Shown piece after piece: positions 50,780 to 59,978 of a DNA stretch of 64,000 nt (positions within the stretch are counted from its first letter, which is position 1; each line of letters starts with the position of its first letter). The translations under genes were made by a program, and so were the position numbers. The notes beneath the pieces are model-generated. The model was not told where the DNA came from. It saw only the letters and a program-made list of their open reading frames with translations, and did not search any database. The stretch comes from Candidatus Latescibacterota bacterium (GTDB lineage: Bacteria > Latescibacterota > UBA2968 > UBA8231), in NCBI GenBank assembly GCA_965261395.1, contig OZ253462.1:4896001-4960000 (forward strand), in the 5' to 3' direction.

Positions 50780-51350
50780 CGTCCTCGGCTGGCTTATTCG
50801 CATCGTCCTCGGCTGGCTTATTCGCATCGTCCTCGGCTGGCTTGCCCGCATCGTCCTCGGCTGGCTTGCTCGCATCGTCCTCGGCTGGCTTGCTCGCATC
50901 GTCCTCGGCTGGCTTGCTCGCATCGTCCTCGACCGCCGCCAGCGACCGCGCTCCGTCGCCCACGGCAATGGGCTGGTTCTGGGGTCGTCCCCGGACATCG
51001 GTCCCCCGCACCTCCAACCGCTGCCACTGCTCTTGGCCCGAGGCGCGGGCCACCGAGTGCTCGACCATCATCGTGCTCAATGGCCGGGTATCGCCTACCA
51101 CCGGCACCTCGCCTACGACGGGCGAGCGCACTGTACACAGGCGTGCCTGCACGTGGGTGGCGAGCACTCGCGCCTTGACCACTTCCCAGCGGCCCAGCGA
51201 CTCCCCGCTGTCTGGGTCCTCGATCTCCCCGTGCAAGGCGAAAATGGCAAAGGCCATCCCCTCGTGGACACCCTGCTCTCTACCGACGTTGAGCACCAGA
51301 GTTGTGTCGTCGATAACGGCGGCTACCTTGCCTTCAATAGGTGTGCTCAT
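50757..51350 (-). CDS. Hypothetical protein, FlgT-C-like beta barrel with AEDDASKP repeat tail
   Basis: AGGAG RBS; GKVAAV...LVLNVG..QGV.EGM.F.I...DPDSGESLG. Confidence 0.75.
   Translation of the reverse strand: MSTPIEGKVAAVIDDTTLVLNVGREQGVHEGMAFAIFALHGEIEDPDSGESLGRWEVVKARVLATHVQARLCTVRSPVVGEVPVVGDTRPLSTMMVEHSVARASGQEQWQRLEVRGTDVRGRPQNQPIAVGDGARSLAAVEDDASKPAEDDASKPAEDDASKPAEDDAGKPAEDDANKPAEDDANKPAEDDANKPAD
50761..50928. repeat. 24-bp tandem repeat x7 (VNTR), coding in two frames
   Basis: tcggctggct(tatt/tgcc/tgct)cgcatcgtcc in the order 3+1+3 variants. Confidence 0.97.
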
Positions 51351-51364
51351 GCGGCTGTACTCCT

Positions 51365-51402
51365 AAAAAAAACCGGCCCGCGCTCGCTAGCTGCGGACCG
51401 GT
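51365..51402 (-). terminator. Rho-independent terminator after the M23 gene
   Basis: ACCGGUCCGC-11 nt-GCGGGCCGGU followed by a U7 tract on the minus strand. Confidence 0.7.
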
Positions 51403-51461
51403 CTCGATATGCTTGGTAGAAGTTGGCTCCGACCGTGCGGTCGGCGAGTGAAGCGTTTGAT

Positions 51462-52469
51462 TCACTCGCCTGAGGCCCACATATCGCCCTCACTGATGTC
51501 GAAGATAAAGTCTTCTGGATTCTGGTATCCTCGGTGTTTGCCCAACTGGTGGTCCCGCAAGCGCACTGCATAGTGCAAGTGGGGGCCGGTAGAGCGGCCC
51601 GTGCTACCCATGACCCCGATCTGCTGCCCACGCGCCACCTGCTGCCCCTGCTTAACCAAGATTTTGTCCAAGTGGCCGTATTCGGTCTGATAGCCGCCCT
51701 GGCGTGCATAGGGCTGGCCCTGCTCGTCGAGCTCCTTTTTTCGATGATCAATAATAACCGTATCGCCGAGGTATTTATCCTTCGCGGCGTAGCTTACAAA
51801 GCCATCGGCCGTCGCGTAGATGGGCAGCCCCCTACGGCCGGCCAAATCGACGCCGCTGTGGAAGGCCCGGCGCCCAGTAAATGGGTCAATGCGCCATCCA
51901 AAGGACGACGACCGCCAAGTCCTCCCCCCGTGAACTGGTGAAAGTGTGGGCAAGTATTGGACGTTGGTCTCTTCGAATTTGCGCTCGATTTCCTCAAAGC
52001 TCTCGGCCTGTAGATTGACCATCCGCTTCAGGTGGTCGAGGCGCACGCTCAACTCGCGCATCATCATCTGCTTTTGGGACGGCAAGGACGTGAACTCCTC
52101 GGACAAATCTTCCACACCCCCAACACCACCCAATTCCCCATCCACAGCGAGCGGCTCCATTTCGTGGTGGGCGCGCAGCCTATCTTCAGTGGCCTTGAGC
52201 TGATCCATGGCCTCCCCGAGCTGCTGCACATCCTCGTGGGTCTGCTCTAAGCGGTGTATCAAGGTTTTGTTTTCGTCCCGCAAGGCCAGCAGCACTTTCT
52301 GATCACCCGGCCGATGATAACCCTGTGCGTAGGCGTAATAACCGAATACTCCCACAAAACCCAATCCTCCCAGCAGAATCAGCCATAAGACGCTGGGAAA
52401 GAAACCGTACTCGCGAATCTGACCATCTCGGGGGGAGATGACGATAAAAGTACAGCGCTTGCCCAGCAT
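51462..52469 (-). CDS. M23 family metallopeptidase
   Basis: N-terminal TM and coiled coil; FGWR.DPFTG, HSGVD, YGHL, STGPHLHY. Confidence 0.92.
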   Translation of the reverse strand: MLGKRCTFIVISPRDGQIREYGFFPSVLWLILLGGLGFVGVFGYYAYAQGYHRPGDQKVLLALRDENKTLIHRLEQTHEDVQQLGEAMDQLKATEDRLRAHHEMEPLAVDGELGGVGGVEDLSEEFTSLPSQKQMMMRELSVRLDHLKRMVNLQAESFEEIERKFEETNVQYLPTLSPVHGGRTWRSSSFGWRIDPFTGRRAFHSGVDLAGRRGLPIYATADGFVSYAAKDKYLGDTVIIDHRKKELDEQGQPYARQGGYQTEYGHLDKILVKQGQQVARGQQIGVMGSTGRSTGPHLHYAVRLRDHQLGKHRGYQNPEDFIFDISEGDMWASGE

Positions 52470-52589
52470 ATTAGCTATTATTCCTCATAGTTTACAGCAC
52501 CCTTTGCGACGTAGGTATTGGATATTGCTTGAGTTAAACTTCGTTAAGTTATAGACGTGGCGGCGAAAAGTCAATCGCCAAATTCCTCT

Positions 52590-53339
52590 ATGCTCTTGGC
52601 TATCGACATCGGCAACACCTGCATCGACATCGGTCTTTTGGCCGGTGACTCGACCGTTTTTCACCACAAATTTCCCACGGTCCCCCCGGTCGATGGAGGC
52701 TTACAACGCCTGCTTGCACCGCTTGCCGCACCCCCGGTCGGCGTGGTCATCGGGTCGGTCGTCGCGGAATTGGGAGCTGCATACGCAGAGGCGTGTCGCG
52801 GCCTCTCCTCTGGCCCCGTCCTCCAAGCGCGCAGCACGTGGGATTGGGGCCTGCACATCGACTACGACGACCCCGCTCGGCTTGGTGTTGACCGCCTCGC
52901 CGCAGCCGCGGCCGCCCATCGAGCAGCCACGGTCGGACGGGCGGCCGTGGTCGTCGATGCTGGCACCGCGCTAACGGTCGATGCCATCGACGCCGAAGGC
53001 ACCTTTCGCGGCGGCGCCATTGCCCTTGGGCTGCGCCTCGGATTAAACGCCCTCAGCACGGGCACCAGCTTCTTGCCCCAAGTCGAGTTAGCGACCACAA
53101 CGCCCCTGTTGGGAAAAAACACCACGGACGGGCTGGGATCGGGGGCATTGCACGGATCGGCCGCGCTCGTCGAGGGCCTCTGCGTGCGCATGGCCGCGGT
53201 CTTAGACAGCCCCATCGCGATCTTCCTCACCGGCGGCGACGCCCCCCTGCTTCAGCCGCATATCGCTGCGGTTCATACTTGCGATCCAGACCTCGTCCTC
53301 CGCGGCTTGGCCCTCGCGTACAGACAGCGCACTTCTTGA
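52590..53339 (+). CDS. coaX: Type III pantothenate kinase
   Basis: LAIDIGNT, LGVDR, VVDAGTA.T.D, F.GGAI, TGGDA, DLVL.GL. Confidence 0.92.
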   Translation: MLLAIDIGNTCIDIGLLAGDSTVFHHKFPTVPPVDGGLQRLLAPLAAPPVGVVIGSVVAELGAAYAEACRGLSSGPVLQARSTWDWGLHIDYDDPARLGVDRLAAAAAAHRAATVGRAAVVVDAGTALTVDAIDAEGTFRGGAIALGLRLGLNALSTGTSFLPQVELATTTPLLGKNTTDGLGSGALHGSAALVEGLCVRMAAVLDSPIAIFLTGGDAPLLQPHIAAVHTCDPDLVLRGLALAYRQRTS

Positions 53340-53364
53340 CTCGATACCAGCCCGTCCATAGTAT
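53336..53364 (+). promoter_or_regulatory. Sigma70-type promoter of the S41 peptidase gene
   Basis: TTGACT-N17-TAGTAT. Confidence 0.55.
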
Positions 53365-53408
53365 CCTTAACAGCAACTCGGTACGCCCCACTGACCAAGG
53401 AGTGTCGC

Positions 53409-55283
53409 TTGTTCATTTTGCGCATTTCGCTACTGTTCACCTTCGTCGCGTCCGCCTCCGACCTGCGGGCCGAGCGCTCCGTTGAAGATGAATACAAAGC
53501 CCTGTTGTGGAAGACGGCCCAGACCATTCATCAGTACTACTTTGAAGAAGTGCACCCCGATTCCCTCGTGCAGGCGGCTGCGCGCGGGATATTCAATACC
53601 TTGGATCCAGCCTCGGAATACACGCTCAATGGCCGCGCCCAAGTCGACGGCGAGAGCACTACAAGGCAGCTAAACCACCGCCTCTACACCCTCATGCAGA
53701 TGGCCCAAGCCATTGACGAGGATGCCTTTTATCCCGTTACCGCAGATACGCTAATCCGCTTTGGCATCGCTGGGATGATGGAAATTCTCGATCCCTATTC
53801 GGTCTTTTTGGAAAAGCGCAACCTCGACAATTTCAATATCCAGACCCAAGGCAAATACGGGGGGCTGGGCTTCCGCATCCAAGTCGTCTATCCCGACAGC
53901 GCAATTGCCGTATGGGCCCTCGTACACGACCAGACTCCAGCGGCCCTAGCTGGCGTCAAGTCGGGCGACCTCATCACCGCGATCAACAACACTTCCACCA
54001 AGGGCATGTCGGCCGGCGTGGCCGCCGACAGCATGCGCGGCCTGCCCGGCACCTCCGTGACCCTGACCCTAGAGCGCGCCGACCGCCCCACCCCCTTTGA
54101 CCTGACGATCGAACGCCAAGAAGTGCAGATGAACAGCGTCTCCTTGGCCACCCTCTTCCCCGGCTACACTGGCTACATCAAGCTCGACAGCTTCCAAAAA
54201 GGGTCGAGCCGGGAGATGTTCAACGCCATCGTCGAGCTAGAGGAACAAGGCATGGAGCGGCTGATCTTCGACCTGCGCAACAACGGCGGCGGGTACCTCG
54301 AAGAAGCCGTGCATATCGCCGACCTCTTCCTGCCCCGCGACCACCTCGTGGTCTTTACCGCGGGCCGCGCCTTCCAAGACACGGCCAGATACGCGACCCG
54401 CGAGGACGCCCTGCTGCACGACACACCCCTCATCGTCTTGGTCAATCACCAGTCCGCTTCGGCATCCGAGATCGTCGCCGGTGCCGTTCAAGACTGGGAC
54501 CGCGGACTGGTGCTGGGGACTACGACCGTGGGCAAGGGATCCGTTCAGCAGGTCGTCCCCATCGACGACCGCGCCGAGCTCAAGCTGACCATGGCCGCTT
54601 GGCACACGCCTTCGGGCCGCTCCATCGACAAGCGCATGCGCAAGGACTCCACCCTCGTGCGCGGGTACGACAAGGCGTTCAAGACCCTCCGGCTCGAGCG
54701 CATCGTCCACGGCGGCGGCGGCATCGTCCCAGACATGGAGGTGCCTGGGCGCAGCGGCAGCCGCCTCTACGGACAGCTCAGCGGCTTCTACAACCTCAAC
54801 AACCAATTCTTCTACTACGCTCGCGAGCATCGGCTCAACTATCCAGACCTAACTCCAGACTTCGTCGTCGGCCCAGAGGACCTAGCTGCTTTCCGCGCCT
54901 TTGCCGAAAACCGCAGCTTTGACTACATCAGCGAGCTCGAAGCCCAAGTCGAGGAATTGGACAAGATCTCCGAAGACGAGGAGTACAACCAGCTCGCCAA
55001 GCCACTCAGTCACCTGAGCGACGAAATCGACAAAATCGAGGAAAAACACTGGCAGGAGAACGAAGAACTGATCGCTTGGCGGCTCACCTTCGACATCCTC
55101 GAAAAGGCATTCGGGAATCAAGTGGCCGAAGCGTACAATGTCACCGTGGATCCCCAAGTGCTGGAGGCACGCCGCATCATCGCCGACCCGAGCGAGTACC
55201 AGATGTGGTTCGACAAGGGGGAAATAGGCGCACCAGAAGAGGATTCCATCGTCCAAGAAGACGGCAGCGGCGATCTCCAGTAG
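53409..55283 (+). CDS. S41 family C-terminal processing peptidase (CtpA-like) with PDZ domain
   Basis: GGLG PDZ loop, DLRNNGGG, SASASEI, GKGSVQ, GGGIVPD. Confidence 0.92.
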   Translation: MFILRISLLFTFVASASDLRAERSVEDEYKALLWKTAQTIHQYYFEEVHPDSLVQAAARGIFNTLDPASEYTLNGRAQVDGESTTRQLNHRLYTLMQMAQAIDEDAFYPVTADTLIRFGIAGMMEILDPYSVFLEKRNLDNFNIQTQGKYGGLGFRIQVVYPDSAIAVWALVHDQTPAALAGVKSGDLITAINNTSTKGMSAGVAADSMRGLPGTSVTLTLERADRPTPFDLTIERQEVQMNSVSLATLFPGYTGYIKLDSFQKGSSREMFNAIVELEEQGMERLIFDLRNNGGGYLEEAVHIADLFLPRDHLVVFTAGRAFQDTARYATREDALLHDTPLIVLVNHQSASASEIVAGAVQDWDRGLVLGTTTVGKGSVQQVVPIDDRAELKLTMAAWHTPSGRSIDKRMRKDSTLVRGYDKAFKTLRLERIVHGGGGIVPDMEVPGRSGSRLYGQLSGFYNLNNQFFYYAREHRLNYPDLTPDFVVGPEDLAAFRAFAENRSFDYISELEAQVEELDKISEDEEYNQLAKPLSHLSDEIDKIEEKHWQENEELIAWRLTFDILEKAFGNQVAEAYNVTVDPQVLEARRIIADPSEYQMWFDKGEIGAPEEDSIVQEDGSGDLQ

Positions 55284-55302
55284 GAGCTTGTATTCTTGCG
55301 GC

Positions 55303-56526
55303 ATGAATCGCTTTAGAGGGCCTGTTCCCTACCTCGCCGCGGGCCTTTTAATTCACGTCTTTTTCCTCGCCGCGCTCGACACCGACCTCCTCCGGCCCCT
55401 CTTCAACGACGCCTCCCACACCCGCCGCGGCTTTGATTTCGGGGTTTTCTATTTGGCGGGCCAAGCCCTAGCCGAAGGCCGCGACATCTACTCGGTGTCG
55501 GGTGCCTTCGGCTTCCGCTATCTGCCGGCCTTTGCCTTAGTCGCCAGCCTTTTCGCCCACTTTCAGCCCCTCACTGCATACCTCCTGCACCTCTGCTGCA
55601 CTGAGCTTTTTCTCGCCGCCAACCTCTATCTGACTTGGCGGTGGGTCGAAGAGCCGCGCCGGGGCTTGGCCTTGTTTATGTGGTTGGCGTACTCGCCTTA
55701 TTTTCTCGAACTCTACATGGGGCAAGTCAGCTTCTGGGCGGCCTCGCTGCTCTTTTGGCTCATCGTCGGCCTCCATAGCGGTCGGAAGTGGGCGGCCGGT
55801 TTCTGTTGGATGGGTGCCCTCTTAGTCAAACCCAACGCCCTCATCCTCGCGCCCGCGCTTTTGAGGCTCCGCGCCTGGCGCGTCCTCGCCTTGGGGCTGC
55901 TGGCAGGCTCGCTTACTTCGCTGCCCTACTTCCTCCTGCATTCAGATAGCTTGGCGGCCTTTTTCGCCGCCAATGTCCATGGTGCTCCCGTCCAAGGTGC
56001 CCTCACCCACGCCGGCAATCTCGGGCTGCAAGGCGGTCTGGTCAGCGGGGCCGCCCAGCTAGCCGGGCGGCCCCTGGCCGAGCTGACGACCCTCGCGGAC
56101 CTTCCCCTCGCCGGCCGCGCAGTCATCTATTTCTCGCAGGTCGCCATCCTCGTCGCAGCACTGGTAGCCACCTTGCGCAGACGCGATGCCCTGCCGCTGC
56201 TCGCGCTGTGGATGTGTACCTTTTTTTTCGTTTACAAAGACGTTTGGGAGCACCACTACGTCTTCCTCCAGCCCGTACTCGTGAGCTTGTATGCGCATTC
56301 AAGTTCTTCCAAGCTCTTGTGGATATTTGCTTTTATCGCTCTGCCAACGCCCTTTGTCTTCTTCGACATCGAGCCTGGGGTCTATGGGCCTATCGACCCT
56401 GAACGCACGTGGGGGCCGGTCGCTTCCATCGCCTATCGCAGTACCAAACTCATTCCCCTCGGCTGCCTGTGGTACGGGCTGTGCCGCACGTGCTTGGCCG
56501 CTACGCCCGCACCAGCCAAGCCTTGA
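55303..56526 (+). CDS. GT87/DUF2029-like membrane glycosyltransferase
   Basis: DF.VFY.AG, F.YLP, GQ, VKP, WEHHY; multi-TM. Confidence 0.75.
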   Translation: MNRFRGPVPYLAAGLLIHVFFLAALDTDLLRPLFNDASHTRRGFDFGVFYLAGQALAEGRDIYSVSGAFGFRYLPAFALVASLFAHFQPLTAYLLHLCCTELFLAANLYLTWRWVEEPRRGLALFMWLAYSPYFLELYMGQVSFWAASLLFWLIVGLHSGRKWAAGFCWMGALLVKPNALILAPALLRLRAWRVLALGLLAGSLTSLPYFLLHSDSLAAFFAANVHGAPVQGALTHAGNLGLQGGLVSGAAQLAGRPLAELTTLADLPLAGRAVIYFSQVAILVAALVATLRRRDALPLLALWMCTFFFVYKDVWEHHYVFLQPVLVSLYAHSSSSKLLWIFAFIALPTPFVFFDIEPGVYGPIDPERTWGPVASIAYRSTKLIPLGCLWYGLCRTCLAATPAPAKP

Positions 56527-56551
56527 TATTGGCATGCCGGAGCCGTATTAT
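56523..56551 (+). promoter_or_regulatory. Sigma70-type promoter of lipA
   Basis: TTGATA-N17-TATTAT. Confidence 0.55.
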
Positions 56552-56598
56552 ATTTTATTCTATATTGTTTTTAGTTTCAGCCTTTTCCCGTCTGTCTT

Positions 56599-57486
56599 AT
56601 GGCATCTGACTCCAAGCGCCGCCTCCCACCCTGGCTCAAGGCTAAAGCACCAGGCCACCCCAATTACATCGCCCTAAAAAACCTGCTCGCCGATTTACAG
56701 CTAAACACCGTATGCGAGAGTGCCCAGTGCCCCAACATCGGCGAGTGCTGGAGCCAGCGCACGGCGACCTTTATGATTTTGGGCGATGTCTGCACTCGCA
56801 ACTGCGGGTTTTGCGCGATCAAGACGGGCCGCCCCCTCAGGCTCGACGAAGGGGAGCCTGAGCGAGTCGCCGCTGCCATTGCTCACCTCGGGCTAGACCA
56901 CGCGGTGATTACCTCGGTCAATCGCGACGAACTGCCAGACGGCGGGGCGCGCATCTTCGCCCGGACGATCTCGGCAGTACATCACCTTTGCCCCGAGACG
57001 AGCGTCGAAGTCCTGATCCCGGACTTCAAGGGTGACTGGCAGGCCCTAGCCACCATCCTCGCGGCCGACCCGGATATCCTCAACCACAACATCGAGACTC
57101 CGCCGCGCCTCTACCCCACCATGCGCCCCCAAGCCCAGTACGGCCGCTCGCTGGAGCTCCTCGACCGGGCTCGCAAGATGAATCCTGCCCCCACCAAGTC
57201 CGGCATGATGTTGGGTGCCGGCGAAACCAAAAGTGAAATAGCCCGGAGCATCCAAGACCTAGCGGATGTCGGCTGCGCCATCCTGACTTTGGGCCAATAC
57301 CTAAGCCCGTCCGCCCACCACGTGCCCGTAGAGCGCTTCGTCCACCCAGACGAGTTCGCGACGTGGCGGTGCTTTGCCCTTGGTCTGGGCTTCCGCCACG
57401 TCGAGTCCGGCCCACTGGTGCGCAGTTCGTACCACGCCGCCAGCCAAGTCGAACAGGTGCGGGCCGCCACCGCCACTCCCTCTTGA
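56599..57486 (+). CDS. lipA: Lipoyl synthase
   Basis: CESAQCPNIGEC, CTRNCGFC, RSSY. Confidence 0.98.
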   Translation: MASDSKRRLPPWLKAKAPGHPNYIALKNLLADLQLNTVCESAQCPNIGECWSQRTATFMILGDVCTRNCGFCAIKTGRPLRLDEGEPERVAAAIAHLGLDHAVITSVNRDELPDGGARIFARTISAVHHLCPETSVEVLIPDFKGDWQALATILAADPDILNHNIETPPRLYPTMRPQAQYGRSLELLDRARKMNPAPTKSGMMLGAGETKSEIARSIQDLADVGCAILTLGQYLSPSAHHVPVERFVHPDEFATWRCFALGLGFRHVESGPLVRSSYHAASQVEQVRAATATPS

Positions 57487-57495
57487 GAGAAGCCG

Positions 57496-58500
57496 ATGAA
57501 CCTAGAGAAAAAGGCTATACCCGAATATCTGCAACGCAAGAAACTACTCGCCGACAGGGGCCCGATCCGCATCCAGACCTTGAGCAACGAGTTGAAAAAT
57601 AGGGTGTACTACGTGGCGTCACCCAATCAGGCTTGGATCGTCAAGCAAGCGCACTCGCGCGTCCAAATCAAGGAGCGCTGGTGGATCAATCGGCGGCGCA
57701 TCTTCGCCGAGAAGAGCTGCATCGAGCTGTTGGCGCAATTCCTCGCTCCCGAGATCCTGCCGGAAGTCTTGCTCGAAGACCGCACGGACTTCATCCTCGT
57801 GACAACCCCACCACCGCACAACGCCCTATCGTGGGAAAGCGACTTGATCAACGGCCGCATTGACCTGCAAATCGCCGTCCAGTGCGGCGAGCTACTGGCC
57901 ACCGTCCACAACGAAACAGCCGGCGCGGCCGAGGTCGCGGCCAAGTTTGCAGACACCAAGGCATTTGAGCAATTGCGCATCGACCCTCATTACAACTACG
58001 TCGCCAAGGCCTATCCCGATCTCAAAAAGGCCATTGCCGTCCACACTAACCGCCTGCTCAACGAGGGATTTTGCCTCGTCTTGGGCGACCTACGGCCCCG
58101 CAATATATGGGTCGCCAACGGCCAGCCCTATTGGGTCGATTTTGCCACCGCCCACTACGGCTACCCTGCCTTTGACCTCGCCTTCTACACGGCCGATATG
58201 TGCATCAAGGCCATGCAGAACACCGCCCAAAAAGCCGCCTATTTAGAGGCCGTCAATGTATTCTGGAACAGCTATTTTCAGAGCGCGAGCTACGAGAAGG
58301 CCGAGGAAGTCAAACACCAAGCCGTACGCGACCTCGGCTGCCTGCTGTTGAGCGCAACCGACGGCCGCCGGCCAGTAGGGCTCGATGACGAGCGCATCAT
58401 CGGGCTCTCTCGGCGCATTGCCCAGAGCCTGATTTTAACGGGGTTGGGGCGAATCGAGGACGTCACCGAGTTTGTCAATCGGACCCTGATCGACGGCTAG
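57496..58500 (+). CDS. APH/methylthioribose kinase-like phosphotransferase
   Basis: IVKQA, F.QLRIDP, GDLRPRNI, VDF..AHYG.PAFD. Confidence 0.75.
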   Translation: MNLEKKAIPEYLQRKKLLADRGPIRIQTLSNELKNRVYYVASPNQAWIVKQAHSRVQIKERWWINRRRIFAEKSCIELLAQFLAPEILPEVLLEDRTDFILVTTPPPHNALSWESDLINGRIDLQIAVQCGELLATVHNETAGAAEVAAKFADTKAFEQLRIDPHYNYVAKAYPDLKKAIAVHTNRLLNEGFCLVLGDLRPRNIWVANGQPYWVDFATAHYGYPAFDLAFYTADMCIKAMQNTAQKAAYLEAVNVFWNSYFQSASYEKAEEVKHQAVRDLGCLLLSATDGRRPVGLDDERIIGLSRRIAQSLILTGLGRIEDVTEFVNRTLIDG

Positions 58501-59233
58501 TCCGCTGCAAATCCCCGCTGCTAGATCGGATGTGCACCGCCATCGCCTGTCGCGCGGCCTCCGCATCCCGCCGCTGCAATGCCTCCAAGATCTGGTGGTG
58601 TTCCGCCAGCGAAAGTTCGGCCCGAGGGCCAGCCAGCGACGGCTCCGCTAAGCTTTCCTTGATCCATTCTTGTAGGTAGTTGCGCGTGGTTTCGAGCAAG
58701 CTGTAGAGGATGGAATTGTGCGTGGCTCGGGCAATGAGTAGGTGGAACTGCAAATCGCTAGCGAGGAAGCGTCCCTCGTCGGCCAGTCCCCCGGCCATGC
58801 CGGCCAGCGTGTCGGCAATAGCCTCCAAGTCAGCGGGCGTGGCCCGCTCGGCCGCCAAATAGGCGTTTTGCGACTCGAGCATCATCCGCGTCTCGCTCAG
58901 GTCTTGAAGCTTCTTGCCGTCGAGCAAAAACCCCCACTGCAGTGCCCGCTCCACGTATTGGCCCTTGTCGCAGACAAAGGTGCCCTCGCCCACGCGGCCG
59001 TCGAGCAGGCCCATCATGGACAACGAGCGCAGAGCTTCGCGCAGCGAGGAGCGCCCAACCTGAAAGCGCTTGCACAGCTCCCGTTCCGGCGGCAGCCTAT
59101 CGCCGGGCTTGAGGACGTTGCGCTCGATTAAGTCCGCTATCTGCGCGATGATCCCGTCGCTTACAGACGTGCGCTGCACCGGGCGCATGGCCGCGGCTGC
59201 GGCTTTCTTAGCAGAGTGGGCCAAGGTATTCAA
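58475..59233 (-). CDS. FadR/GntR family transcriptional regulator (start may be ATG 59188)
   Basis: LKPGDRLPPEREL...VGRSSLREAL...G.GTFV; FCD domain D..FH..IA.A..N, EH..I. Confidence 0.93.
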   Translation of the reverse strand: MNTLAHSAKKAAAAAMRPVQRTSVSDGIIAQIADLIERNVLKPGDRLPPERELCKRFQVGRSSLREALRSLSMMGLLDGRVGEGTFVCDKGQYVERALQWGFLLDGKKLQDLSETRMMLESQNAYLAAERATPADLEAIADTLAGMAGGLADEGRFLASDLQFHLLIARATHNSILYSLLETTRNYLQEWIKESLAEPSLAGPRAELSLAEHHQILEALQRRDAEAARQAMAVHIRSSSGDLQRTSRRSGSD

Positions 59234-59255
59234 TCGCGGATGGCGGAAAAAATAT

Positions 59256-59320
59256 TTGCCGATGGTCAGACCATTAGCTATTTTGACTAAACAGTACTCA
59301 ACCTAGCGCTTTGCTGTCAA
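59256..59320. promoter_or_regulatory. Overlapping divergent promoters with a FadR-type operator
   Basis: Plus strand TTGCCG-N17-TATTTT with palindrome ATGGTCAGACCAT (59262-59274; TGGT-N3-ACCA) in the spacer; minus strand TTGACA-N18-TACTGT. Confidence 0.75.
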
Positions 59321-59326
59321 GAGGAA

Positions 59327-59968
59327 ATGCAGATGGCACAAACTTTGGACCTTGGCTCGCGCGTCGAATTGGTCTCCATGGACCCCCACTTCGACGACAT
59401 TTCCATCGCCCTCTATTGCCCGGACGGACCCGGCCTCCCCTGTTACCAAGTCCACACCTACAGCCGGCGGCCCGGCGCGGCCGAGCGCGTCGCTGGAGTC
59501 GCCCGCGCCATGCAGGTGCTCGGGGGCATGGAACAAACGAGCGCCGGCCCCCTCAGCTTTTCCTGCGGCCACGCCCATCGGCTCGCGGTCAAGCGGATCT
59601 TCCTAGAGGCTTGCAAGCTGCCGCCGGCGCAGCCCATTGAGCCGCGTCCGCTGCACATCTTCGACAAAAAGGCCAACGCCACCATTGCCGTCGCCAGCCT
59701 CGGGCAGGGCCTATATGAGGCCCGCGCCACCGAATCGGTCCAAGGCGTAGAACGCCGCGTCACCACCATCGCCCGCGGCCTAATCCGCCTCGGCGAAATG
59801 GACGAGGTCGCCGACCAACCCAACCAAGCTCAGTTCGGCTGCGGCGAGGCACATGACGCCTTGATCGGCCTCTTGCTCGTCCGCGCCCCCAACGTGCGAG
59901 CTGCCGTGCGCGAGGCCGAATCCCTAGCCAACCGCGGCGTGCTCTCAGCCCCCAGCGCCCAGGAATAA
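59327..59968 (+). CDS. Uncharacterised protein with two internal FxCGxAH repeats
   Basis: GAGGA RBS; first gene of the corrinoid operon; see findings. Confidence 0.8.
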   Translation: MQMAQTLDLGSRVELVSMDPHFDDISIALYCPDGPGLPCYQVHTYSRRPGAAERVAGVARAMQVLGGMEQTSAGPLSFSCGHAHRLAVKRIFLEACKLPPAQPIEPRPLHIFDKKANATIAVASLGQGLYEARATESVQGVERRVTTIARGLIRLGEMDEVADQPNQAQFGCGEAHDALIGLLLVRAPNVRAAVREAESLANRGVLSAPSAQE

Positions 59969-59978
59969 GGAGTCTATC

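Noticed and set aside
50761-50928. Possible CRISPR array
   Set aside because: Units are contiguous with no unique spacers, and no cas genes are present; it is a coding VNTR.
59234-59326. Cobalamin riboswitch before the corrinoid operon
   Set aside because: The intergenic space is under 100 bp, filled by promoters and operator, with no B12 box.
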